A stretch of 64,000 nucleotides of DNA from Utricularia gibba (lineage: Eukaryota > Plantae > Magnoliophyta). Location: NCBI GenBank assembly GCA_002189035.1, contig NEEC01000002.1, positions 4,464,001 through 4,528,000 of the forward strand, read 5' to 3'. Of the stretch, positions 1-13,301 are shown piece after piece; the stretch's first letter is position 1, and each line of letters opens with the position of its first letter. The translations under genes and the position numbers were made by a program. The notes below the pieces were generated by a model. That model searched no databases, had not been told where the DNA came from, and was given only the letters and a program-made list of their open reading frames with translations.

Positions 1-1159
1 CAAACGTGTGGAACAAGTGAAAAAGGGGCACAATATCCGAAAGAGACAAAGAGCACTGTTTTGCTGCCACCTGCAGTCTGCAAGTTCAGGCTGGAAACAA
101 TGCTGGGGTCAGGAATAGTGCAGTGGAGTGAAGGAGAGGAGATATTTTTTCGAAAAAGAGGGAGAGAACGACGGAAGGAGCACAGAACACACGCAAGGGG
201 GCTTCTCGCCAAATGCAAAAAACACCAACCAGAAGAGGGGAAGAAGGTCTTCATCGTCAAGAGCAGCACTAGAGCCCAGCCCAGCGCTACTATTCCGGGC
301 CGTGAATAGTAGCAACCGGGCAACATAAAAGTCTTTATTTCCTTTATGTTTTCTAAATGTTTCGAGTTCTTTGTACCTGACTTGCTTACAATGTTTCTGT
401 CCTTTTCGCCAACTTATCTGAATGAAATCATGTTTTATTTTCCAAGTATGAGTAGCTAAAATCTTAAGGATGCCTTAAAGTAAAGTATGGTGATGTGTGC
501 TTAGGGTTAATAATGAAATTTATGTTTGTTTCTTAGCTCTTGTTTCTATTAATTCATGGGTAGACCTGAGGAGAGGAACAAGTAGCTTCACTACTTAGAT
601 GCTTGATTTAGAGGTAGACCAAAAAATCAAGACGGGAGTAGTAGGTTTTAGTCCGGGGTAGAACTAGTAGTACCGGGTAGACCTAGTTTTATATGTTTTG
701 CATGTGGGTAGACCGAATTGCAATGTTGGTTATGATATTGAGGTCTGACTTAGCCGAAAATATGATGAATGACTTGGGTAGATTTAGGATATTTGAAGTT
801 GTGAGTATAGAAACATGGTAAATTAAATTAAGGATCTTAGCATTACACCACCTACAGACCCTTAAGGTATCTTTGTATTATTTTGAGTTAGAACTAGTAC
901 TTGTTACCTTTCGCATTGAAACTTGATCTTATTTACCGAACTTGTTTACCACTGTTGGTCCGAGGTTAGACTAAGACCACTGTTATTCCGAATTATGCAT
1001 TTACTAAAACATTTAGCAAGTACAAGCTCTTCGTGATCGACCCCGAAATCTGCTATATAAGTTTTCTAAATTTCTATTTTGTGTAGATTAGGGCTTATAA
1101 ATTTATTTGATATTGATTTCTATTTTTATTGCAACGATATTAGGAATTTATGTTTATAA
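1..1159 (+). mobile_element. 3' part of a Ty3/gypsy (Athila-like) LTR, running in from outside the window
   Basis: About 790-1150 aligns by eye with the reverse complement of about 13310-13680 (e.g. ACATTTAGCAAGTACAAGCTC vs GAGCTTGTACTTGCTAAATGT). That copy ends in ...TTTATCA; this one ends ...TTTATAA near 1159. Confidence 0.7.
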
Positions 1160-1254
1160 GGTAAGGAACATGAAGATCTAGATTTTTTGTTTTGTCTTAG
1201 TTTGATTCTGATCTTTTTTTTCTTTGATAGCAAAATAGTTGAACGATCATCCAA

Positions 1255-2233
1255 AAAGAGTGGTGAAAGTGTGAAGACTAAGCATCAATGGAAATCATAG
1301 ATGGAGGTTGGAGAGCAGAAAATGGTTTCAAAGGAAATTATCTCCAAGCACTCGAAGAATCTTTTCTCAAGCTCAGTCCAAGATCAAATATTTGAGCCAT
1401 GCCTCATCTTCAATCGAAGGTGGATAATTGGAAGAAGAATTACCACATTATTTATGATTTTCTGAACAAATCAGGCACACGTTTAACAGCATAACCAACA
1501 TGTTGGATGCATCTGAAGATATGTGGATGGAAATCAAAGAAGTAGGTCTAGAACATCCTTTTTTATCTTTTCGTTATTATATTCTGCTACAATTACTAAT
1601 TTTTTTTGTCTTGTCTTGCTTGAAGCACAATGAGAAGCTGTATAACATTTTGAGGTTCAAGCAATGGCCTTTTTATAATGATTGGTGTTTTATTTTTAGT
1701 AAGAATAAAGCCACTGGTGAATTTGCAGAGGATGCTGCTCAAGCTATTGAATCAATGAAAGATGAAGTCTTTACGTATGCTGCAAATTATGTGGAAGCAA
1801 CAAAATTTCTAGAGTATATAGAGACCCCATCTGACCACCATTGGACTGATGATACTCCCACTTTTGAAGCTTCTTCTACATTTTCAGCAGATCAAAGTAA
1901 GATGAAGAAGTAAAACTCATCTGGATGGTGATCGTGCTGTGGGAGTCTGCTAAGAGGAGCAAGAAGAGGCCAGTGTTAGAACTTGATGCCTTCGTTGAGC
2001 AGTTGAAAGAAATGAACAGCCGCACCAATGCAGCAATATGTCAATTGGGTGAGATTCTTGTTTTTGAGAGTAAGCATCATAAAGATAGGGGTCGTGTAGC
2101 TACTGATATCATTAGGGGAATGCCACTTCAATTTAGCACCATGCAAAGACTATCTATAACAGAGATGATCATCGGAAATGCAACCAAGCTGCAGTTTGCA
2201 TGTTTCTTTTTATTTCATTTCAAAATAAAATAG
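1255..2233 (+). pseudogene. PIF/Harbinger ORF1, Myb/SANT-like DNA-binding protein, degraded
   Basis: Translates to EIIDGGWRAENGFK and SKIKYL, followed by ORF pieces 1500-1913 and 1925-2233 (SKKRP..., AICQLGEIL). It faces a Harbinger transposase tail-to-tail. Stops and frameshifts are present. Confidence 0.7.
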
Positions 2234-3419
2234 TACCGGTGCCAGTGCAAATGCTTTCACTTTAATCTGCATATCAATTAAAGAATACTGTTATTCTTCA
2301 AACAAGTGTAAAACAACCGACGTTCTGCAAAAAAGATAAACATTTGGCCTGCTTTTTTACTGATTTGAGTGTTTTCGGCTAGCTGGAAGTGGGGGGATGG
2401 ATGTCGCCCCGCTCTGTTGTCGTCAGCCCAGAAAATTTTTACTGCTTTTTTACTGATTTGCACAGCAGTACCTCGGTGCTTGCAAGCATGCAGATCATAC
2501 AGCTACATCATCAGTGAGGCTGCTGGTAGCCACGGAAAATCAGTGAAGTATCTTAACATGCTAAAATTCATTATCAAAGTATCTAAGATTTTAAAGACAT
2601 TGGTAGCATACATGCACTTTCATTCACTCACTTGCAAAATACCTCAATTTTCAGAATTATCACAAATTAATGTTAATACACTTAATACTTTTATTAAACA
2701 TATTATTATTCATTTTTATTCATTAAAAATCATCATTTAAACGTCAATAGATATATATTATAGTTTTAAATAACTTTAGAATTTATTTCATTTTCAATTT
2801 TCGAAATCTCTTAATATGATTAATTATGTTTTTTTGTCAAACTAATAGTTATAAACACATGTTGATAAAAATTTTAAAATTTGTGATATAAATAAATGCT
2901 TAATCAATAGAATTAAGCTTCTTGTGTTTTATGATAAAAAAATTAGTTTTACTAAAATAAATATTCACATACAAAATAAAATCAAGCAATTAAGATTTCA
3001 ATTTTTTCATTAAATACCAATCTATAGATATGATTTATATATATTTTTTGTACATTTAAAATGGATATAAGCATTTTTTTAAAAAAACACTGTAATTCTA
3101 TAAATAACATATATAATTTATATTTAATTATCTATATTATAAAACATTATAATTAACATTTCTTTGTAAGATATAGTTAAAATAATCAATTTTCAAAAAA
3201 ATTAGGTTTTTTTTTTTAAATTTAAGAATTAAACACTTAATTAAAATCATAAAACACATCAACTCCAACTTACCGAAAGATCTATAATTTAACATAATAG
3301 ATGAATAAACCACAATGATATATGCCCCCCAAAAAAAAAGGCATGAAGGAGATATATGCTCAAAAAAATCAGAGAAAATAATCACAAAATAAAAGCTTAG
3401 CGTCACAAAGGAACACATC

Positions 3420-4798
3420 TATGGTATGAGATCTAAAGAATATTTTACACACACGAGGCTGAAGAACAATTTACACAGCATCCAAGTCATCCAATGTTGC
3501 ATTTGCAAAATCATCCCTGAAATGTGTCCAGCCTTCTGTATTCCCAATGTTTGATATGTCTTCTTCTTCATCTTCATACTCTTGGGTATCAAGATTAGTC
3601 CAATCTTTAATGACTTCTTTTTCATATGGATCTATAAACATCTCTAGTCGAAGGAAGTTATGAAGGATAGCACAAACAAGAATAATTCTGTTTTGAGTCC
3701 TAATTGGATAGTAACTACAATTACGAAGTATCCCATCTTATTTTTATTAGCCCCCATGCTCTCTCAATAACATTTCTTGCACTTGCATGCCTCTTGTTGA
3801 ACAACTCTCATGCATTTTGTGGCCCTCTTGAACTTGCATCTCATTCCTTAAGATGATAGCGTACATCTCTATATCGTGTAAGAAAACCATCACTATTTGT
3901 GTAGCCATTATCACATAAGTAGTAGAAGACTACACAAAATAAATTTTCAATCATGAAGCTCAATCATATAATGTAAATGAATTGTAAATAAGTCTATAAT
4001 GTATTACCTTTGTGGACCGTCAATGCTTTTTTACGACAAACTCCATCATGAAGCACTCTACTATCAGCAGTGGATCCTTCCCAACCAGCTAAGACGTATA
4101 TAAATATAAGTTTATCATCACAAACTCCTAGTACATTAGTGGTAACTCGTCCTTTGCGGTTACGCCACTTCGCTTTGTTAATGGTTTTAACCTTGATATC
4201 AAAATATGAACCATCCAATACACCTAGACAATTCTACAACAAGAATAAAAGAGCATAAAGAAAATATAATTTAGATAATGAATCAAACAGGAAATTAGTA
4301 AGCTAAAAAAACATAACCTGAAAATACTTGAACTTGGATGTTGGGTTAGAGTTGTCAACTGGAGTAGGTTTTTTCAGCAACATTTCATGCAATGCAAGAA
4401 CCGCAACAAGAACCTTATTCAAATACTTAGATATAGTCCATGATGAACACTTAAAACTATATTTTTCTTCACGTGCTTTTCTATCATGAGATACAGCTGA
4501 TAGAAAAATTGCTACATGCTCTGCAACATCAAAGTATTTAGAAGGTTTAAGATTTCCATAACCTTTGAGAAGATAGACCAATTTATTGAATGCATCCTTA
4601 GTAAGTCTCAATTTTTCTAGAGAGACATTTCTTTCATCACTCAAAAGAGCATTTAAATGCTCAATTTCCCTTGGTATCTTTTCAGCGTATGAGTCTTGTA
4701 ACCTATGCTTTGGAGATCCAAGATAAGATTCCAAAATTAATAGAACCATAACTCGAGTCATGTATAATTCCTCTCATACAAGATATGCAACTACTTGT
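3420..4798 (-). pseudogene. PIF/Harbinger DDE transposase (DDE_Tnp_4 type) with two introns and premature stops
   Basis: Motifs: EHVAIFLSAVSHD; NCLGVLDGSY; RNRKGRVTTNVLGVCD; YVLAGWEGSTADSRVL; YYLCDNGY; FNKRHASARNVIERAWG. GT-AG introns at about 4317-4234 and 4006-3930. In-frame stops follow YHLKE. Confidence 0.92.
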
Positions 4799-5680
4799 AC
4801 AGTAGCTCTGACTCTTTAGGGTAGCATGCCTCCTATTAAATCAAAGAACTTATCAAATTTAAAAACAAGGTTGACTAGAATTTACATATCCAACAAGCAA
4901 TCAGGAATTAATAATAATATCAAAAATTTATCAATCAAGATTCTTTAATCATAAATTCAATAAAAATACAAGATTCAAACTCTGTTATTGTTATACTTCT
5001 ACGAGAGCAACAATGGCGGCTGCCTAGAAATCTCATCTTGCAGGGTTACGCTTTTGAGGTTGTGTGGAGATGCCTCCGCACTGGAAACATCAACAGCCAT
5101 CATTTAAAACCAATCCACCCTCAAAAACCCGATAATTCACCTCTCACATTGTATTCCAAAGACCCATATAAACCAAAATCCATAATCAGCACCAGAAACC
5201 CACACTAATGATCATGAATTTGCTCAAAAACTCACCAGAATTCACATTCCCCCACGATTTCTCACCACAACCCACAGCTTGTCAACACCCAAGGAAGCAA
5301 GAATTGGATACATAATATATTCTAAACATTGAACCCATGACTCCCAAAGTCATATTTTGATGAGAAATTCAACCCATCAAATAGAATTCCAAATTTTAAA
5401 CCAACAAAATTGAAGAGAACAGACCTGATTTGTACTAAGATATGCAAGCGCAAGACAAAGATGAGAGATGAATAAACATGGAAAGGCAAAATGGACTCCG
5501 AAATTCCTTGGAAACATGGGTTTTATCAAACGCAAGTGAGAGGTGAGTTTAAAAAAAGAATAGAATATGGGTTTAAAGTGGGATCTCAAAAGCACATGAG
5601 TATTTTTAAATCAAGTTACCAAATGAGACTTTTTTCTTAAAACCTCATGTTTAATATCGGTTTCACCCATAAACCCATGT

Positions 5681-5693
5681 AACAAACAAGCTC
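5681..5693 (-). repeat. Candidate right TIR of the PIF/Harbinger element (reverse complement GAGCTTGTTTGTT)
   Basis: Resembles PIF/Tourist G(G/A)GCnnGTTTG termini and lies upstream of the transposase. No partner TIR was found in the window. Confidence 0.3.
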
Positions 5694-6519
5694 TAGAAGA
5701 TATGAGGAGAAGAAGAAATTCGAATCCAACTGTCCAGTGAAGAGACGTGAACACTCTTACGGTAAACAAAAGCCTAAATCACAAAAACCCCATGAATCAC
5801 CACCCCCTAAGAATAATCATCAAGATGGACCAACCCTTGTAGATGGAAATGCACCTGAGTCAGAGGTAAATCATTAAGGACAACACTTTGTTTTTCCTAT
5901 GCTACCTTCATTATAATTTAATATCATTGTAGAGAAATATGGGATTCTTCAATTGGAAATAGGTCACTGGTGGTATAAGCGATGCAAGCATTCCGACTGC
6001 CAGACCACGTACACCGGCATTGCCAATCAAAACCAAAGGCATATCTGATTTTCAAGAAGAACATGGTTCTAGTGTAACCAATGATCGAAAGGCTGTTATC
6101 ACTATCATAAACTCAAATTATATTCTACTATGTTGCTGCTGCACTTTATTTGCTCTATGCGTAGTCAAACAAGAGGTAGTGAACTAATGTTGAGGGTGAA
6201 GGAGGTTCCAAGGTATCTATTAAGGCTCGCATAATGGTTGTTGTTCAAAATGCAATAGGAGATGTAAGCAAACTAAAAAGTACAATATCAACCACTCCCA
6301 CACACCCAAAGCAGAAAATGCAGCCTCAAGGCTCAAGTAAGCATGAAAAAATTAAGCACCCTCCGCATTTACGTGTATATGGAATGCTTGATTATTTGAT
6401 GTTTGATTACGCATTGGCTAAATATTAATTTATTTTCAAAGTCATGGTTGAACAATTGGATTATCACTCATGGATGATGTGATGTAGGAAGATAGTTGAA
6501 TCATTCCATCTCGCAATTC

Positions 6520-7240
6520 AAGAAATGTATGAGTTTATGAGCTCTCAATACTACGACACAACTGAGCAGCGTCGAGCCAAGAATCTCGGACCATTATTCA
6601 TGGGAGGGAAAACCTTTGCCACCCCATACTTTGTCATGCCAACAGTTTCAAGGTTGCCTTGCTCTTATTCAAAAACTACTTTTTTGCCGTTAATCAGTTT
6701 GTCTTTTTCATTTTAGGGGTCATTTTTTTATGTTAATTTTGTGCAACTTTGCTGCCATTGAACCGGCGAGACAATGCGTCTTGTACTTAGATTCCATGAG
6801 CTCCACTAATATGATGGAGAAAAAAGTTGAAGAATTGCAAATGTAAGAATCTCTTTACAAGAATATGCATATTTAGTTTTAAGTTGCATATGCACGCATT
6901 CAGGTTAATATGGCATGTGTACAAGTCTATGGTCGAGAATTCTTCATCAGAAGAGGAAATTGTCAGGAACATTCCCCTTACTCCTATGCAGGTACGTAAT
7001 GCAATACAATCAGTATGCATAATATGCTTCCAAACCATTGATCTATTTCCTGGTACCACGTCAGCAAGGGTTGAGTAAATGCGGCATACACGTTCTTTAC
7101 TACATACGTCTATTTATGATCGAAGCGCCACTTGCAATTATACCCGAATCAAACATCGGATGGGTAAGTGTATGTTTGAATATCAATGATGCTAGTAAAA
7201 CCATTGTAGTCTTAGTAACATTGCTGTTGATTTCCTAGAT
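6520..7240 (+). pseudogene. Ulp1/C48 SUMO-protease-like remnant, probably spliced and TE-carried
   Basis: Ordered fragments KTFATPYFV, AAIEPARQCVLYLDSMSS and VPRQQGLSKCGIHVLYYIRLF match the Ulp1 pattern (..YLDS.. then P.Q....CG..VL.Y). They are separated by AT-rich intron-like stretches. Confidence 0.45.
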
Positions 7241-8494
7241 GAGTCCGGTGTGGTTCGTTTATGAAGACATGAAAATTTTTGCTATGGATGAAGATTTGTA
7301 GACTTTAATTCGAAAGGTAAAGAAACGAGAAAATATTGGCATCAAAGGGAGCCCTGCAATGAATTTTATGGCTGGGCTAGTTTAGACTAAAGCAATGACA
7401 CTTTCTTGTTATTCATTGTTTTGTCAAAAACTGACATGAATCCTTGTTGGTCTTATATGCTGAATTTCCTGTTTTTCTTAAGCTAAATTTATGCCTCGTA
7501 TCATTGTTTTTTTCGATCACTTTGGAAGAAAATAATATTGTGGTTTTTCATAAAACTGACATGAAATTGAAACCCAGAAATAACATACAAAATTCGAAAT
7601 GTGTAAGCTAAAGTATTATTTGGCAAGTTCACGATAACTATTATACACTAAACATGACCTCATTAAGCATTCATGTGTTAATTAAAAGAATGGGTTTATT
7701 GATGAATCTTGATTTTTTAAAGAAAGAATCCAGATTTGATCTGTGATGGTTATGGTTAATCAACTTGATCAAGTTAATCATACTTCCTCATTCTATTCCA
7801 GTGTAACAATAAAAATGTGTATGAAAAACACTATGAAAGTGTACTTATTTTACATTTTTTGTTACAATCAATGAATTTTAAAGAATGATTTTATAAAATT
7901 CGAATTATTTAATAATACAAATGAATATCTATAAATAATAGTTATTTTTCAATTTTTTTCTATCTAATGAATTATAAAGAATATTTTATAAAAACTACAA
8001 TTTTTAATACGTATTCAATAAGAACTTTCATTGTAAAAGAGTATATTTGGTTCAGCAAACTCAAGACGTCTCAAAGTTATCATACAATGTCCAAAAAATA
8101 TTCAAGTAACTTTAAAATAATTATGCGTTATTTCAATAAATTTATATATTTTATATAAATTTTTAATGAACACACAAAAAAATTCAAACATTTTTTAATT
8201 AAATAAATAAGAAACTTACTTTATAATTTTGTATTATGGAATTAAGTTACCAAACATAAAAGATTTTCTATTTTTTACTCAAAAGATTTAATTTATAGTA
8301 AATTATTAGGTGTCCATCAATTAAAAATTAAATGAAAATATATACGCTCATTAACTTAATGTATATTTTTTCCTATAGGTGTGTCTCTGAAATAGCTTTC
8401 AAATGAAACTAGTTTGATATTTTTTGGACATCGTATGAATTTCTTATAATTCTTAGACCAAAACTGAAACTTTTGAAACATTTGCCCTACATAT

Positions 8495-8740
8495 ATTTGA
8501 AGCGTGATGCTTTATATTGCTTATTTTTTAAATGTGATGCTTTTTTTTTGTATATTTTTCAAACATGATGTACCAACTATGTTTTTTTTTAAGGTGATGT
8601 ATCAAAATATATAACTTTGTAAACGAGATGAACAAATACTATATTATTTTTCTATCGTGATACTCCAAATATGTAATTGTATAAATGTGATACATTGTAC
8701 GTGCAACTTTGTATGAATGTGAGATATCAAAATAATGATT
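8495..8740. repeat. Degenerate tandem array of about 31 bp (core GTGATG/GTGATA)
   Basis: About 8 recurrences of (G/A)TGAT(G/A) or GAGAT at roughly 30-32 nt spacing. Confidence 0.5.
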
Positions 8741-8989
8741 TTTCCATTTTATAAAGCAATAATAATCCACCCTTACATTGAAATATTTTTTCAGAATGCT
8801 ATTAAATCAACAACATGCAAATCAAATGTGTCGTTCAGCCTTCATCATCAGAATTCTTTTCAATGATAAAAAAAAGCAAATAAAATATAAACATCGAAAA
8901 TGATAAAAAGGGCTGTCACCCCCTTAGAAACAAAAGATCAAGAGGTTATTTTTTATTTTGGTCTTACGAAATCAGTAGAGAGCTGCCAC

Positions 8990-9550
8990 CCCCTTTACTA
9001 ACTCCACATGGTACAATCTATCTTTGTGATATCACTGTCTATAGATCCCCCTTCCATTCCCCATGTTTTCCTCATTTCCAATGTTTTTCCTTCCATCTAT
9101 CTTCTCTTTATAACATTCTTCATGCTTATCTATAATTCCTCTAAATAAGATACACATCATCACTTGATTAAGATACATGGCACCTTCTTATTTTGCATGA
9201 AACACATGTCAAAGCCTTATTAAAACATGTGGCATTTTCTGATTGGTCATGCTGCATGTTTCATCTTTATTTGTTTCAAACGAAACACATGTAATCACCT
9301 TGTTAAAATATATGGTGCTTTCTGATTGATCATGATTGTATGTTTGATCTTTCTCTGTTTTATCTTTTCTTTTCATCCTATTTCAATTCTAGTTTTGAAA
9401 TCTTACATCCTTCCCCCCTCAAAGAAAACTTATTCCATGAACTCTAGGTTTCGTTGAGTAAAGTAGCTTCAATTCTAGGCACACCTTTATCATAAGAATA
9501 ACTTTGTTCCCTAGCTTCTTCTCTTGCTTATATAATAGTCTAATAGGTAC
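8990..9550 (-). mobile_element. Tekay/Del chromovirus 3' end: chromodomain fragment, PPT and start of the 3' LTR
   Basis: Minus-strand ILYKQEKKLGNKVILMIKV, then PPT GAGGGGGGAAGGA (about 9408-9420) abutting TGTAAGA at 9407. The left LTR boundary is uncertain. Confidence 0.65.
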
Positions 9551-9559
9551 TTCCTTTTA

Positions 9560-9730
9560 GGAAAAATTCTTTGCTAGACTCTTGGGTGCCTTTAGATTGG
9601 GATGAAGTTGAAGAAAGACAAGTAACAGGATCAGAGTTGGTCAGAATGGAAAATGAGAAGGTAGATGTAGTTAAAAGAAACATGAAGGTAGCATAAGATA
9701 GATTAAAAAGTTGGGTCTGGCACGATATTG
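9560..9730 (+). mobile_element. Tekay/Del integrase C-terminal fragment
   Basis: PLDWDEVEERQVTGSELVRMENEKVDVVKRNMKVA*DRLKSW matches the chromovirus PLCWDEVGE...QDRQKSY linker. Confidence 0.65.
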
Positions 9731-10281
9731 TCCACTTTGGACATCCAACCTTATGCAAGATTAAAAGAATTCCTCTATTTAAACACATCCCCTCCTTTTT
9801 CTATAACCAATGTGGGATATCTTACCGTCACTAAGCTACTTAGACACTTAGTGTTCTTGCTAAGTGCCACCTCATCCCACCATTCACACGAGCCCGGGTT
9901 TGGGTTTGATGATAATACTTGTATTGAATGATAAAATTGACATTTATGGCTTATTACAATGTTGTTTGGATTTTGTTACGTCAATTTTGATAATGAATGC
10001 TCAAGTGATTGCAGCTTCACGTAGAACCATGCACTACTATATCTTAGAGTGTTAGAGAATGTTGGAAAGTCAAAGCACATGTACATATACATGTTTTATG
10101 CTTGAAAATTTAAATATGTGTGGGTGAGGTTGGCAAAATTTTTTTCATGACATAGGATTTGAGGTGATTCCCAAGTGTGCTGCTAGAAAGTTTATTAATG
10201 TATTCTTTAGCTGATGCAAATCTCTAGACGAGACATTGCCACCATTCAAGTATGTACTTGGCATATAGAATATGTGATGTG

Positions 10282-10425
10282 CAGGGGCAGATCTTGAAAT
10301 TGAATTTAGGGGGGGGGCTGAAGTTTAATTATTATAATTTTAAGTTTAGATAATTTTCAATTTATTCATTTTTTTTCTTATTCAGAGGGGGCTACAGCCT
10401 AGTGTATAACTAAGATCCGCCCTTG
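10282..10425. mobile_element. hAT-type MITE, 144 bp
   Basis: TIRs CAGGGGCAGATCT / AGATCCGCCCTTG; 8-bp TSD GTGATGTG (10274-10281) vs GTGGTGTG (10426-10433), 7/8 match. Confidence 0.8.
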
Positions 10426-10989
10426 GTGGTGTGGTACCCACAGGTCTCAATGTCCATGTCAAACATACAAGTAAAATGAAGATGGTCCTCACCATAAGGA
10501 TAATGCAAACGAGCGGCGAGGAGAGGAAGGAATTGCCTCCAATCCACTTATGGTGCGTGATGAGAAGAGCACACCACGTTATAGTACATCTAGCTATAAA
10601 AAATGATGGAAGAGGACTTTTAAAATATAGGTGGATTACACTAATATACTGGTGACCTGACAGTGATGATTCAACATGGATGTGCCACGACCACAAAAAA
10701 AAAATTATTACTAGATATTAAAAATATGGTGCAGATCATGTTTGACCATGATGTGAAGTATTGAACACCAAGCCTCACACTGCCAGCCTTATAAAAAGAG
10801 AAGGTTGGAAGTTCAGACTCATCCTGATGCTAGGTGGTTCCTCAAGTGAGTACAGTAACATTAGCAGAATTGTTTACGTAAACTTACAGGCGTACATTGC
10901 TTCATGAAAGCAGTTAGGAGCACCAATTCTACTGCACACACTAATAATTGAAGTTTCTAATGCTAACGTTTTTCCTATATTCGAATTCA

Positions 10990-12760
10990 TATAACTCACA
11001 CTTTTTCACATAGATTATGCTTAAATGTGCTTTATTTTTAGGTACTTGAGATCAATCACGAATTCCCTTACCTCACTTAGAAGGTGCCTTATTCTTATGG
11101 TAATCAGAATCTGATTATGGTACTTGATCAATAAGATTATGCCAAAATATGCATTATCCTTATCGTAATCAAAATCATGTTAAAAAAAACTGATAACATC
11201 AGTTTTCATTCGGTTTTAATCAAAATGTAGATGTGTATCCTGTGAAAATCAGATTTTAAAATAAAATTATTTATTTTAGAAGGTGTCAATGTAATTTTTA
11301 TTTTTAATTAAGATTTGAACCAATGATTTAGTGTAAATCTTGATATAACTATATCTTTGTAACAATATCATACCTAATATGTCACACTTCAAAAGTCAAC
11401 GAAGAGATGAGACTATTCTAGGAAATGAGATAGCAAAATGGAGGTCTATGGGCCAAAAACTTCGAGGAAAAAAAAAACAAGCATAAACATATCTTGAAGA
11501 AAAGAAAAAAATGAGAGAAGAAGAAAGAAAGGCGAGATGCATAAAATAGAGAAAAAAAAATAAGGGAAGAGATTAGGAAAGATCCAGGAGCAAAAATGAG
11601 AAGAAACAATTTTATACTTGTTGAAAAACTCAATCCCAAGAATACTACTCTTAACTAGAAATAGAGTTGTAAATAAAAAATAGATTGTTTCACTTTTTAT
11701 TTGGCATTCACTCTACTCAGATTTATTATTTATTCCTATCTTCTACACGATAATTATGAATAAGTCTCTAATATTGGTTTATGCATAGATTCTATGTGTC
11801 TTCAACATGAGTGGCTAATTAAAAGTGACGCCATAGTGTAGAAATGTGTGGTCTTGCTCATTCAGTTCTATTCCATTGTAATTGAGTTCATTTATTATTT
11901 TCTTATTAAATACAGATTGATTTAGGAGAAGAAACAAGGAAAAATTGACATATTTATACTAAAATACCTAACTAGAGGTTTCTTAGGATAAACCTAAGAA
12001 GCCAACATTGAGAATAATGATGATGCAAAAAGGGAGAAATTTTTGTCTAACCTTGTTCCCATGTTTTTTCATTTCAAGAAAACACATAGATGGAGAGGAA
12101 GGAATTATCTTATTAGAAAATGACCAACAAAGGTATGCCCTACTTCAAACACCATGCAAAAATTCTCAACCTCAAGTACATAAATTTAAAAAATGAGGCA
12201 TGTATCGAAAGGTATAACGAGCTAAAAGGAGAAAAGATGATGCCTTATCAAGTTATGGATTTTGAAATTCTAATGGAATTATGTATAGTAGAAGATTTTG
12301 ATATCTTGCTCGAAGAAACTTTGCTATTAGCTTTGTGTGACATGAATTATCCATCTTATATGAAGTTGGTTTATGAGTTTGCCTCAACATTTTCATATTA
12401 AAAACCAGAAATTATGTTTAAACCCGCAGCTTCTATATTTAGATTATTAGGAAAACACTTCTCTTTCTCCATTGCCATATAAAATGTCACATTAGGTTTT
12501 TGTTTAGAATAAGTTATTGATTTGCATATTTTTGCTACTTCTTTGTTTTATTACCCCAATGAATTTGATGCTAAGGAAGTGTATGGGATACTAAATTACC
12601 AGTATGTGACAGAGTTCCAAGCTAGAGGTATAAAGGTTGAATTATTCATCAATCTTGACATGCGATATGTTCATTTGTTGATTTTTGCTATGTTTTTTGG
12701 GCAAGTTTTGGGACTTGATTCGTTGTGCAAATGTGAGTTTTTTGTTATGTGAGTGGCTAA
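10990..12760 (+). mobile_element. Degraded Athila-like fragment: LTR-like sequence plus a remnant of the extra ORF (12120-12752)
   Basis: MTNKGMPYFKHHAKILNLKY...LALCDMNYPSYMKLVYEFAST and FATSLFYYPNEFDAKEVY are clear homologues of the 39356-40987 ORF. Stops and frameshifts are present. Confidence 0.8.
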
Positions 12761-13301
12761 GATAACACCTAATGTCATCGCCCATTCTAAACTTAGGTCT
12801 ATCAATACGCGAGATATGTAAAAACTAGGTCTACCTACCTCTATTGGTTCTATCCAGAACTAACACTTACTATCTCCGTCTTGATTTGTTGGTGTACCTC
12901 TAAATCAAGCATGTGAGTTATGAAGCTGTTCGTTCCTCCCCTTAGGTCTACCTGAGAAATGATAGAAACAAAAGATAAGAAACATTGATCAATTGTCTAA
13001 CCCTAGCCCCACATCACCACTCTACACCTTAAGGCATCCCCCAAGTTTATCTACTCATATGTGGAAAATAAAGCATGATATCATTAAGATAAAATAGCAA
13101 AAATACAAGAAACATTATGAGATGGTCATTCACATAAAACTAAAAACATTTAGCAAACGAAAATAAATTAGAAATGATTTTGATTTCTGTTTGCTACTAT
13201 TTATAATCCGGAATAGCGTTGAACTAGGTCTTGTTAGTGTTCTTTAGGTTGGAGAGTCTTCCTTCTGAACACCTCCTTCTTTCTAGTTCAGTGTTCATCT
13301 T

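Noticed and set aside
61-328. Three overlapping short ORFs
   Set aside because: They lie inside LTR sequence and show no protein motif.
2340-2465. Direct repeat CTGCTTTTTTACTGATTTG and overlapping ORFs
   Set aside because: A short local duplication between the Harbinger genes with no coding or structural support.
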